A stretch of 64,000 nt of DNA, from IMG/VR virus record IMGVR_UViG_3300042356_001708, positions 39,561 to 103,560 of that record; one strand, written 5' to 3'. This document shows positions 19,319 to 29,800 of this stretch, piece after piece. Origin of the DNA: a virus. The position numbers were made by a program, and so were the translations under genes. The notes under the pieces are model-generated. The model was not told the origin of the DNA and searched no databases. It was given only the letters and a program-made list of their open reading frames with translations. Numbering within the stretch: position 1 is the stretch's first letter; each line of letters starts with the position of its first letter.

Positions 19319-19457
19319 TTACTCACAGGGTAGAAACCTTGAATTTTATTATTTAGCAAAATTTCTTCATATATCGTATAGTGATTTTATGATAATGCCT
19401 ATAAGCACTAGAAGATTTCTTTTGGATAAACTAGTAAGTGATAGCCGACAAGAGTAA
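19302..19457 (+). CDS. Frameshifted C-terminal extension of the tail chaperone (+1 frame)
   Basis: The +1 frame from TTT_TTT_CGT reads FVLSSDYSQGRNLEFYYLAKFLHISYSDFMIMPISTRRFLLDKLVSDSRQE*, with the chaperone-extension-like pattern S..D...MP...R. Confidence 0.7.
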   Translation, partial: FVLSSDYSQGRNLEFYYLAKFLHISYSDFMIMPISTRRFLLDKLVSDSRQE

Positions 19458-19492
19458 ATTTAGTTATTAAGGTATTTATTTAAAAAAAACTT

Positions 19493-21457
19493 ATGTTACA
19501 AACAGGAGAATCAGGTGAAGCTGGTAAAACAGAAAAACTGCAAACAAAAGATTTAGCCGACCCGTTAACGGAAGCCGGTGAAAGTATGGCAACGTATTTT
19601 AAAAATGCGTTTAATCCTGCTGAAATTTTAAAGTCGTTTGCATCAATTTTTAGTCAATTAGAAGGACTTGCATCGTCGTTTAATAAAACGATGGGTGGAG
19701 GTGATATATACTCTCAAAAAATTAAACAAAATCTTATTGCGGGTAAAGAAGCGGCTGAAGAATATGGTTTTACATTCGCAGATATTGCGTCTTTACAACA
19801 AAAAATTACTGAACAGGAACAAACTAATTTTACATTACAGGGGGACCAATATGAAAGATTTTTAGTTCAAGCTGAGTTAACAAAGGGTATATCACAAACT
19901 GCAGTTCAGGCTGCGTCTAGTAATTACGAAACTTTTAAAAATTTAGGATTAACCGTTCAAGGAACACTAAAAAGTTCTGAAGATATTATACAATCGGCAT
20001 CAAGATATGGTGTAAGTGCCAGTGCGGTATTTAAACAAATTAACGCAAATGCTTCTGAGTTAAATCTATTTAATTTTGATAATGGAGTTCAAGGAATGGC
20101 TAAAATGGCGACTGAATCAATTTTGTTTAAAGCTAATATGAAGACCACTTTGGATTTGGCAAACAATTTATTTGACCCTCAGAAGGCTCTTGATATGGCT
20201 GCGGGTCTACAAAGAATGGGGGTCCAAGTAACAGGAATGTTAGACCCAATATCTTTAATGAACATGGCTGAAAATGACCCTGCGGAGTTACAAAGAAATA
20301 TTGTTGAGATATCAAAATCATTTATGGAATTTGATGAAAAACAACAAAGATTTGTTGTTATGCCAGGGGCTCAAAGACAGATTAGAGAAGTTGCAGCAAC
20401 ATTAGGTATACCGGCTAAAGAGTTGGAAAAAATGGGTAGAAATGCTTTTGAATTGGAAGCTAAAATGGGACAAATTAAATTTCCAAGTATTGATGAATTT
20501 GCAAGTGAGGAAGCTAGAACGATGGTTGCGAATATGGCTCAACTTAATGAGACAACTGGAAAATATGAAATTGAAGTTTATGATAAAGACCTAGGTTATA
20601 ATGTTATTAAAGCTGTTGATGACCTTAAAAAAGATGATTTAAAGGGTGTTGAAAAAGCTCAACAAAACGCAAATAAAAGTACTGAGGAATTATTAAGAGA
20701 TGCGAATGGACATTTAGCGAATATTTCAAACGCATTTAAAGCGGGAACAAGTAGAGTTCCGACCGCTTTGGCAGCATCAAAAGTTGCTCAGGATAAAGTG
20801 TCGTTTGCAGGGGGGTCTGTTGAACCTGTTGTTCAGACATTAATGGATGTTTTATATGGAGAAGAAGGGACAAAAGGTATTACAACTAAAATTAACTTGG
20901 CGAGTAAACAAATTGACCAAATGTTAGAGTCCCTCATCAAGGGTGAAACAACTTTGGCAGATGCTGGAAAAAAACTGACAGAGGTTATTAAAGAGATTGG
21001 GGCAAAAAAAATAGAAGATTTTAAAGAATTTTCAGATGTTTATGGGAAAAACCAACAGGAAGCATTCCAAAGCAATCCCGAATACGACACCCCGTTTCAA
21101 ATTACTCCTGATATGATTAATGCCTTACAAAATTTTGTAAAATCTTTAATGAATGGTAGACAAGTTTCCGATGGTGTAATTAGTCCAGATGGTGGCTTAG
21201 TTGTAATGGGTGAAAAAGGAAGTTTTTTTGCTGATAAAGACGACTCAGTTTTATTATCTCCAAATATACCAACGGGTAGTTCTGATAATAAATCAGGGGG
21301 TCAAACCAATTCAACGGTTACTGCATCGGGTAAGGTTGAAATTGAACATAAGTTTAGTGGAGTTGAAGCGTGGTTTAAAGATTATATGTTATCCCAAGGG
21401 TTCTTGGCGGATTTCGTTCCAACTTTAGAAAAGTTTTTAACAAAAACGGAAGGTTAA
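19493..21457 (+). CDS. Putative tape measure protein
   Basis: Helical, Ala/Gln/Lys-rich; follows the chaperone genes; C-terminal DGVISPDGG motif. Confidence 0.7.
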   Translation: MLQTGESGEAGKTEKLQTKDLADPLTEAGESMATYFKNAFNPAEILKSFASIFSQLEGLASSFNKTMGGGDIYSQKIKQNLIAGKEAAEEYGFTFADIASLQQKITEQEQTNFTLQGDQYERFLVQAELTKGISQTAVQAASSNYETFKNLGLTVQGTLKSSEDIIQSASRYGVSASAVFKQINANASELNLFNFDNGVQGMAKMATESILFKANMKTTLDLANNLFDPQKALDMAAGLQRMGVQVTGMLDPISLMNMAENDPAELQRNIVEISKSFMEFDEKQQRFVVMPGAQRQIREVAATLGIPAKELEKMGRNAFELEAKMGQIKFPSIDEFASEEARTMVANMAQLNETTGKYEIEVYDKDLGYNVIKAVDDLKKDDLKGVEKAQQNANKSTEELLRDANGHLANISNAFKAGTSRVPTALAASKVAQDKVSFAGGSVEPVVQTLMDVLYGEEGTKGITTKINLASKQIDQMLESLIKGETTLADAGKKLTEVIKEIGAKKIEDFKEFSDVYGKNQQEAFQSNPEYDTPFQITPDMINALQNFVKSLMNGRQVSDGVISPDGGLVVMGEKGSFFADKDDSVLLSPNIPTGSSDNKSGGQTNSTVTASGKVEIEHKFSGVEAWFKDYMLSQGFLADFVPTLEKFLTKTEG

Positions 21458-21495
21458 AAATCATATAAAACTATATGAATAGTATTTATTAATGT

Positions 21496-24400
21496 ATGCC
21501 GATAGATAGTCCATTATCATTTTTTAATACTGAAAATTTCAGGAATGGTTTAGTCGTAAGAAACTTACAACCATATACGATTGCGGGTTCTTATACTCCA
21601 CCTGTTGCTCAACAAAATTTTGAATATGTTCAGAGTAATTTTTCAGTTATTGATTCACCTGATAGTTTAATTGCTGACCCACCCTCTAATTTAGTCCCAC
21701 CCCAATATCATGGATTATATGTTTTAAATGAATATGGACCTGAAGGTGGATATGGTGTGACAATAACACAATCTTTACCTTTAGTTCAAAACGCTAATGC
21801 TGGCGAGTATGATGTTATGGACGCTTCACTTCCACAACAAAGTTTAGTGGGACAAGGGTGGCCAAATTATGCTCAAGTTACGGCAGAACAAAATATTCCT
21901 GCGTTAAATAAGTATTCATTTGACCAAGTGTTCTTGGAGGAGATAAATAACTTACAATTTGTCCCAACGTATTCATTTTACGCCAACCCAACACCTGTTA
22001 ATTTTTTACCATCTTCATATTCTCCATATTCAATTCTTTTTGATAATACACCACAAGGAGATAATGGGTCACTTTCACAGGATAGTCAGTTGGCCCAACT
22101 TGGGGCGACCTTTTTAAGGGATGCGTTACAATATAGAGTAGATAGAGAAATTGAAAGAGCGACATTTGGTCGTGAGAATCTTTCAGAAGCTTTGAGTGAC
22201 CCTGTCGCATTGGCACAAGTTGCAAGTGGTAGAATTCCTTTAATTGAAAAGAATTACTCAATTACAGTTCCTGAAAATCCTATTGATTTTGCAGCTAATT
22301 TCTTATTGAAGTTATCAGGAACATATTTTCCAGCATCTCCTATTCCTGGTGATTACTTTGATGAAGATATGGCTCAGTGGAGACCTACTGCTGCCAATCA
22401 AATTGTTTCCGCATTTGCGGGAGGTAGAGACCCAAGAACAATATTTGGAAGTTTAGATACTAATACAGATTATTCACAAGTATTTTTAAGTAATACAGGG
22501 CAAGGACAAAGGTCTGCGTTATTTAATAACATTGATTATAACAAATATAAGCCAAGATATAATAGAGGTTTAGCAAGAAATCTTGGTAGAGGTCTTTTAG
22601 AAATTATTGAAAGATTAACTGATGGGGAAGAAGCTCCACCGTCAGATTTTTATATTGGACAGAATAACTCAGACCCATCATCAATTTTCTCACCTCCAGG
22701 TCAATTACCTACAAATTCAGTTGGACAACAGGTTAAATCACCTGTTATTGGACCTGATGCGATGGGTAAGTTGTATGAGGGGGAAGACCAAGATTTTAAA
22801 TTTGGTTTAAAAGGTAACCCAACAATTAATGCTGGAGGTATTGCTGGTGGTTTTGTTTGGACATCCCAAGGGTATAATAATCCTGGATTCGGAGCAAAAG
22901 TCGGAGGAGATTTTTCCTCAAGTCAAGACCCTGAATTTAATCAGATTAGTAGTCAATTTGATGGTAATTATAGTTCATCAAATGTTAATTTCAAAAATGG
23001 TAGTATATTAGATAATACTCAGAGATTATTAGACTCAACACCTGCAGGTACTGCTAGATTGGGACATGTCGGTAACGCAATTAATCAATTATCTAAAGTT
23101 TTCCATGACGGATATAGAGAGTTGACAAAAGGTTCAAGAGTTGTTAGTTATACGTATGATTCCGCGACAAACCAACATGGAGGGGGAGTAGAATATTGTA
23201 GAGTGTTTGCTAAAGATACTCCATACTATACTTATAATGATTTACAAAAGACAGACGGTATTACTACCTCTGGAAGAAAGTTCACATATTCAATAATTGA
23301 TAATACATACAATTTAAATATTGCTCCGTTAAAAAATCCAGGGTCAACAAATATTGTTGATAATAAAGTTAAAAAGTATATGTTCTCAATTGAGAATTTA
23401 GCTTGGAGAACTTCAAACAGACCTGGATTTACGTATGATGATTTACCTGTTTGTGAGAGAGGACCTAATGGAGGTAGAGTTATGTGGTTTCCACCGTATG
23501 ATTTATCATTTAATGAGACAATATCACCAAGGTTTGATAGTGTTGAAATTTTGGGAAGACCTGAGCCTGTTTATACTTATAGAAACACAACCCGTTCTGG
23601 TTCATTGAGTTGGAAAATGATTGTTGACCATCCTTCGGTATTGAATACAATCACTAATAAGATATTACAAAACGAGTCAAATGTTGAAAGAGTTAACTCA
23701 ATTGTTGATTCATTTTTTGCAGGATGTTTAAAATATGACCTGTATGAATTAGCGAGAAGATTTACAACTATCCCAACAAGAGATTTATTTACTTATCAAC
23801 AAATTATCACAAACCCATCTGTTAATGCTGACCAATTGGCTCAAGTTGGTGCTGAAGCGGGTATAAATACAACTAGTACTGATGAAGGGGTTATTGAAGG
23901 TGATGAGGGTATTAATGGTGGTGGAGGAGGAAACGGAACTGGAGGTTCTGAGACTAAACCTGAAACTAATAAAACGGACCCTGGTTCTGATTTAAACAAT
24001 AAATATTTGAATTTAGGATGGTATTTTCATAACGATGTTCCACCACCACAACAAAAGGGTGTTGCTACGGCTAGTTATAGTTGGAAAACAGCATATAACA
24101 GCTATATTGGAATGAAATCAAAGTATAATACTAACGCACCTGCTGCAAATAGACAACAAGTTGCAAATACTTTTACGAATGTTGTTGAACATAATGCCAC
24201 TATTGAAAAAGATTTTAGAAAAGATGTCGTATCAGTTTTAAATAATAATACAAATATTAAAACAATTACAATAACTTTAGTTGGAAGTGCGTCAAGACCT
24301 GCGACTATTCAATATAACGAGTGGTTATCTAAAAGAAGGATTGATTCTGTTTTACAATGGTTTAAAGAAGATACTACGGATTACGGTAAGGCCTTTCAAA

Positions 24401-26532
24401 AATTTATTGAAGATAAAAAAATTGTAATAAATCAAGAACCACAAGGTGAAGAGGCTGTTAATGTTGTTGCTAAGGAATTAGGGGCAACTAGTCCAAGTGT
24501 AAGTTGTAGTGACCAAGATTCTGCTAGTTCAAATAATAACTATAATACAATTTATTCTTACCAAGCGATGTGGTGTAGAAGAGTTGCAATTAAAGATATT
24601 AAAATTGAGACAGGTAATCCTTCAGGTGACCCAACAGGGGACCCAACAGGAGACCCAACAGGAGAGACTCCTCCTAATATTTTAAATAATATAGGTTCTA
24701 ACACAGTTCCGAGTATAAATACTCCAGTTATTACACCACCAACAATTACAACAACACAAAAAATTAAAGACGGAATTTCCAAAAAAGTTTTAAGAGACTT
24801 ATTATCTGAATGTGATTATTTTACCGCAATACAAGGTGAAAATCCTATGATATATGACTCAATAAAACAAAAATTAAAATATTTTACACCGGCTTTCCAC
24901 TCAATGACCCCCGAAGGTCTTAACTCAAGATTAACATTCCTAAACCAATGTTCAAGACCTGGGGATACGATACCAACAATTGGGGCGGATGGAAAACCAA
25001 AATACAATGCCGCGACTAACACCGCTTTTGGTGCTCCTCCCGTATTGATATTAAGAATTGGTGATTTTTATAATACGAGAATAATCCCGACTTCAATTAA
25101 TATTACTTATGAACCTGTATATGATTTTAATCCTGAGGGAATTGGTTTCCAACCTATGATTGCTAAAGTCACATTAGGATTTAACTTTGTTGGAGGTTCG
25201 GGATTGAAAGAACCAATTGATACATTACAAAATGCGTTGTCTTTTAATTATTATGCAAATACTGAAATATTTGATGAAAGGGCTGAATGGACTGATGACT
25301 CGTTCAAAAAATTAGATGAGGATTTGGTTAGACAAATATTAGAGGATAGAGGAGAACAATCAGGTTCAACAATTATTCAAAACGCGATTCAAAATAACGG
25401 AGGTGGATATATTGGAACTCAAGAAACAAGGGAGGAATTACCTGAATCAACAACAGGAGTTATCAACTATAAAGAATTCATGAATGGGTTCTCGGCATCT
25501 TGTCAAAATTATATTAATACTATAATTTCTAAACTTACCGATTTTAAAACACCCTATAACGGAACACTTATTCAAGTTTTTGGTTCTAAAAGAATATATT
25601 CTACGGGAACCGCAAGTTTACCTGATAGTTCGGCTAAAGTTGAAATTTTTGGTAAACCTGATGAAATTCAGGGAGAGATTGATTATTGGTTTGAAGATAT
25701 TATTGCAAATGTTAGTAGTGAAGGGTTATCATGGCAGATTGCAATTGAAAATAGAGACGGAGGGGTATTATCTAGACGAGACCAACGAAGAGTATATCAA
25801 AATTTGACAACATATATTGAAAATTATAAAAATAATTTCACAGTAGATTTGAGTAGAGTAATACAGGAAATATTATCACCTCAAGAACAACTTGTCATTA
25901 ATATGGAAAAGTCTGATTTTATTAGTTCTTTACACGACGGAAAAATTAATTCAGACCAATCCGTGGAAGTTTTAGACATTTCAGGTATTACTGAAAATAA
26001 TGTAAATACATTTACAAAATTTGGTGAAGATTATCAATCTATAACTAATCTATTAAATGGTTTTCATAGTTCTTTAAAAGATGTTGGATTGATTCCTTCC
26101 GATAGTTTTGATGTTAATGGATTACTTGGATTTGAGTCACCAGTTACCCCCGGAGATGCTAAATTTATGGTAATTATGGACCCTATTTTTAGAGATGACG
26201 CTAAGAAACAAGAATTTTTGACAGAGGTAGTTAAAGGTACTTCAAATGAGGAAAGTGTTAAACTATTGATAGTAGATTATATTTTTACAAGATTTTATGA
26301 TGTATATAAAAATAAAATATTGAATGTTGACACTATGATTAGTAATTGGAAGACAACATACGAACAACAGTATACAAAAATAGAAGGTGACACTAGTTTA
26401 GATAGGAAATTCACATATATCGTTAACACAAGTGCAAGTGAAGATTTACAAACCCAACTAAGGAATATATATTTAACAGGGAATAGTAATGATGATAAAC
26501 AAACATTCAATGGTAAACACAAATTTAACTAA
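21496..26532 (+). CDS. Large baseplate/tube-initiator-like protein with an inserted OmpA-like domain
   Basis: FPPYDLSFNE...LGRPEPVYTYRNTTR and GAPPVLILRIGD...ITYE flank LVGSASRPATIQYNEWLSKRRIDSV...RRVAI. Confidence 0.6.
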   Translation: MPIDSPLSFFNTENFRNGLVVRNLQPYTIAGSYTPPVAQQNFEYVQSNFSVIDSPDSLIADPPSNLVPPQYHGLYVLNEYGPEGGYGVTITQSLPLVQNANAGEYDVMDASLPQQSLVGQGWPNYAQVTAEQNIPALNKYSFDQVFLEEINNLQFVPTYSFYANPTPVNFLPSSYSPYSILFDNTPQGDNGSLSQDSQLAQLGATFLRDALQYRVDREIERATFGRENLSEALSDPVALAQVASGRIPLIEKNYSITVPENPIDFAANFLLKLSGTYFPASPIPGDYFDEDMAQWRPTAANQIVSAFAGGRDPRTIFGSLDTNTDYSQVFLSNTGQGQRSALFNNIDYNKYKPRYNRGLARNLGRGLLEIIERLTDGEEAPPSDFYIGQNNSDPSSIFSPPGQLPTNSVGQQVKSPVIGPDAMGKLYEGEDQDFKFGLKGNPTINAGGIAGGFVWTSQGYNNPGFGAKVGGDFSSSQDPEFNQISSQFDGNYSSSNVNFKNGSILDNTQRLLDSTPAGTARLGHVGNAINQLSKVFHDGYRELTKGSRVVSYTYDSATNQHGGGVEYCRVFAKDTPYYTYNDLQKTDGITTSGRKFTYSIIDNTYNLNIAPLKNPGSTNIVDNKVKKYMFSIENLAWRTSNRPGFTYDDLPVCERGPNGGRVMWFPPYDLSFNETISPRFDSVEILGRPEPVYTYRNTTRSGSLSWKMIVDHPSVLNTITNKILQNESNVERVNSIVDSFFAGCLKYDLYELARRFTTIPTRDLFTYQQIITNPSVNADQLAQVGAEAGINTTSTDEGVIEGDEGINGGGGGNGTGGSETKPETNKTDPGSDLNNKYLNLGWYFHNDVPPPQQKGVATASYSWKTAYNSYIGMKSKYNTNAPAANRQQVANTFTNVVEHNATIEKDFRKDVVSVLNNNTNIKTITITLVGSASRPATIQYNEWLSKRRIDSVLQWFKEDTTDYGKAFQKFIEDKKIVINQEPQGEEAVNVVAKELGATSPSVSCSDQDSASSNNNYNTIYSYQAMWCRRVAIKDIKIETGNPSGDPTGDPTGDPTGETPPNILNNIGSNTVPSINTPVITPPTITTTQKIKDGISKKVLRDLLSECDYFTAIQGENPMIYDSIKQKLKYFTPAFHSMTPEGLNSRLTFLNQCSRPGDTIPTIGADGKPKYNAATNTAFGAPPVLILRIGDFYNTRIIPTSINITYEPVYDFNPEGIGFQPMIAKVTLGFNFVGGSGLKEPIDTLQNALSFNYYANTEIFDERAEWTDDSFKKLDEDLVRQILEDRGEQSGSTIIQNAIQNNGGGYIGTQETREELPESTTGVINYKEFMNGFSASCQNYINTIISKLTDFKTPYNGTLIQVFGSKRIYSTGTASLPDSSAKVEIFGKPDEIQGEIDYWFEDIIANVSSEGLSWQIAIENRDGGVLSRRDQRRVYQNLTTYIENYKNNFTVDLSRVIQEILSPQEQLVINMEKSDFISSLHDGKINSDQSVEVLDISGITENNVNTFTKFGEDYQSITNLLNGFHSSLKDVGLIPSDSFDVNGLLGFESPVTPGDAKFMVIMDPIFRDDAKKQEFLTEVVKGTSNEESVKLLIVDYIFTRFYDVYKNKILNVDTMISNWKTTYEQQYTKIEGDTSLDRKFTYIVNTSASEDLQTQLRNIYLTGNSNDDKQTFNGKHKFN
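24625..24666 (+). repeat. 12-bp coding tandem repeat (GDPT)x3
   Basis: ggtgacccaaca ggggacccaaca ggagacccaaca ggagag; linker after the OmpA-like domain. Confidence 0.8.
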
Positions 26533-26855
26533 TGGCTGAAAGCACCTACGATAGATATTCTACATTTTTAATTAATGGTCAACAGACGGTAGTACCTGGT
26601 ATTAAGTTAAACTCTAAAGGTACTGATAAACGATATGTTTACATGGTTAATGTATCACGTTTGGATAAAATATCTCAGGAATATTATGGCTCTCCGTTAT
26701 TTGGGTGGTTAATCTTACAAGCTAATCCTCAGTATGGGGGATTAGAGATGAATATCCCTAATAATGGATTATTGACAATACCATTTCCATTAATACCGTC
26801 ATTACAAGATTATAAAGCTTTGTTAGATAACCATTTCTATTATTATGGTAGGTAA
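26532..26855 (+). CDS. Baseplate wedge LysM-like protein (T4 gp53/P2 gpX-like)
   Basis: RLDKISQEYYGSPLFGWLILQANP. Confidence 0.8.
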   Translation: MAESTYDRYSTFLINGQQTVVPGIKLNSKGTDKRYVYMVNVSRLDKISQEYYGSPLFGWLILQANPQYGGLEMNIPNNGLLTIPFPLIPSLQDYKALLDNHFYYYGR

Positions 26856-29800
26856 AGAAAAAAATATATTAGTTGAATTTGACTATGAAAACATTATCCT
26901 TGTTGACCCAAATAAAACTATTGATGAAGAAGGTAATGTTGGGGAAAGATTTTTACCCCCCGAAAATTTAGTTTGTTATGCAAATTTAGAATGTAATCTA
27001 TTCCCAAGAACCCGACTTGCATTGGGTTTAAATGGGGCCGCAACAGGAGAACTTGTTAATATTGCGTCAATAAATTTCATGAAACCTGGTGGAGGTAGTT
27101 CATTAACGAATGAATTTTACGATGAGTTCACAGGTGAAAACACAATTAAAGGTGAGGGACTTAATCAACCATCAGAACAAGGTCAAAAGATTTCATCTAC
27201 AGACAAACCAACGGAATTCTATTTTCAACAGCAAACTATAAATAATAAGGATACTGGATTACTCGGTATTCAAAGTATAACTATAACAAACAATTGGAAC
27301 CAACCTACAGTAAGAATTAAATTCGTAGATATTAGAGGTAGGGCTCTTTTTGAAAAAGGAGAAAATTCTCCATATGCAACATTTTTTAATTTTCCATATC
27401 CTATTTTTTATTTAACGATAAAAGGTTATTTGGGACAGGCCGTTAAATTACAGTTAACTCTTAACAAATTTAATTGTAGTTTTAATTCAACAACGGGAAA
27501 TTATGACATTGATACTGAATTTCAGGCGTTTAAATATAATATTTTAACAAGTATTATGATGTCCCATGCTTTGGCGACACCATATATGTATAATAAAAAA
27601 TATACTGTAACCCCAACAATTACTAATAGCTTAGCTAAATTAGGTACTAATGTTTTAACATTAAATGAGGCAAAGGGGTTACAAAAAATAAAAGAAGTAT
27701 ATTCTGAATACAAGGCTAAGAATTTAATACCTACGGATTTTCCTGAGATTACAATGCAGGAAATGATAGAGAGATTAACAAGATTAGAATCTTATATTTT
27801 AAAATCATTTGGTCAACAAGATTTAAGTCCACTTACAGATACTGACAAGTATAAAAGATTAGTTCAAGAGTATGAAGGGGATATCCAAACATACGTTGGT
27901 GGTAATAGTTGGTTTAACAAATATTGTGACCAAAATACATATTGGATTTTAAAGGACAGAGATATTAAAGTTTACCAACTTAGACCTGAATATGCATTTG
28001 GTGGTGGAATTCTTGAGGCGGTTAAAGATTTAGATACAAGATTAAAAACAAACAAAGATAAATTATTACTGAATAAAACATTTGGTGGGACCGGTGAGAT
28101 TTTAATTGATGGTAAAAAAATTGTAACTAAAATAAATCCAACAGGTATTAGTATTGATGATTTTTTAAGAAATTCTAAAAGTGAAAACGATATTAATTTT
28201 CAAAAAACATACGAGGAAAGGACAGGTAAAGTTGCTACTGCAAATGATATTGCCAAATTAAGAATTGAGTATAATACTCAGGTTTTATTACCTTTGAAGG
28301 CTTTAATTCAGACAACATTAGAAGGTGGTGGTAATAATCAAAGTAGTCAACAATCACAACAACAAGATGGTGGAGGTAAAAAAGAAATTACTATTGAATT
28401 AGAAAAATATGGAATAAAACCAGAATCAACCCCTTTATTTATAATTGAAGGTGATAATATAAATTCATTTGAAAGTTATATTAAAAAAATATACGCCCAA
28501 ATTGATGAAAAAAAGAAAACAATTGACGACGCTTTAAATGCTGCACTTGCTGAAAAAATAGGTAAATCTGAAGAAGGATTAGGTTTCCAACCGACAATAA
28601 GAAATGTATTAGCGGTTATTATGGCGAGTACTGAAGGATTTATCAGATTAATGGAAGATGTTCACGAATCGGCATGGAACCAAAGACAAAACAAATATAG
28701 GTTAGCTGCGGTATTAGGGGATGATAAAACGGCCCCATCTCCTGACTCAAAAGATTCAGTTAGGGGTGCTGATGGTAATTTAATACCTGTATATCCTTGG
28801 CCTCATTATTATGTTGAAACTAATAGTGATAAGGGTGAAAAATTTGAATTAAGATACCCTGGTGATAGTTCAGTAAAGTCAAAAACTAAGGGATATATAT
28901 ATCAATATTGGCCTGAAGTTGAATTTGTTGAAGAATATTTAAAGGGTAGATTACAAATTGACACCCCACCAAATAATCCTCAAATTGTTGGTAATAATGC
29001 TGAATTGATTAATAGAGCTTCATACAATGCTATTGAATACGAACTATCAAATGTTATAATGGCAAATAAAGAGGAGGTTAAATTCTTTTATGAGATGTAT
29101 GAAAGAATGATGTTACCTTTTTATTATCAGAGGTTTAATAAACCATCATTTATTTCATCCCAATCCTATTTACCAATTGGAGATGCTGAGTTCATTAATT
29201 TACAAAAATCTTTGGGAGCTGGTTCTCCATATTTAATACAGAAAATTAAAGAATATAACTTAAACTCTAATGTGTATTTGAATTTCTTAGCAGGAATTTC
29301 AAATAACGGAGTTGGACAAAGTTGGCAAAATTATATTAGAGGGTATTTCAATACTCCATATATTAAAGCTAAAGTTGAGAGTCCATTTGTTATATATGAT
29401 TTTGAATCCTTTAATACTAAAGTTTCAGTTGAATCTCCTGTTACTGAAGATAAAATCTCGGTTTACTTACAATCAACACAGAACAACGAAAAAAATATTG
29501 TAGATGTTTTTCCATTTGCAATTAATGGGTGGAATAGGAATCAAATGAGTTATGGTATTGGTTCAACAAACGAATCAATAATGAACACCTCAAAAACGTT
29601 ATTTTTATACGATACAAAAAATTTGGTAGCTAATTTTAACAATCAGAATTTTGCATCTGCCGATAAGGTAAAACCTGTTACTAACTTCTTATATTTAAGC
29701 GAAGCGGGTCCAATACAACCTGATGTTTTAGATTTTAAAAATTTCTATAGAAAATTTACGGATAGTAGAAAAATGTTTACAACTCAAGGAGCTGTAGAAT

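Noticed and set aside
19297-19357. Canonical -1 frameshift in the tail chaperone
   Set aside because: The -1 frame reaches TAG after about 20 codons with no chaperone-like motif; the +1 frame is the plausible one.
18940-19359. 139-aa minus-strand ORF and the other short nested ORFs in the track (for example 8924-9262, 35356-35628, 60523-60765)
   Set aside because: Antisense or off-frame shadows of well-supported genes. The VGVTV ORF is simply the reverse of the PT repeat.
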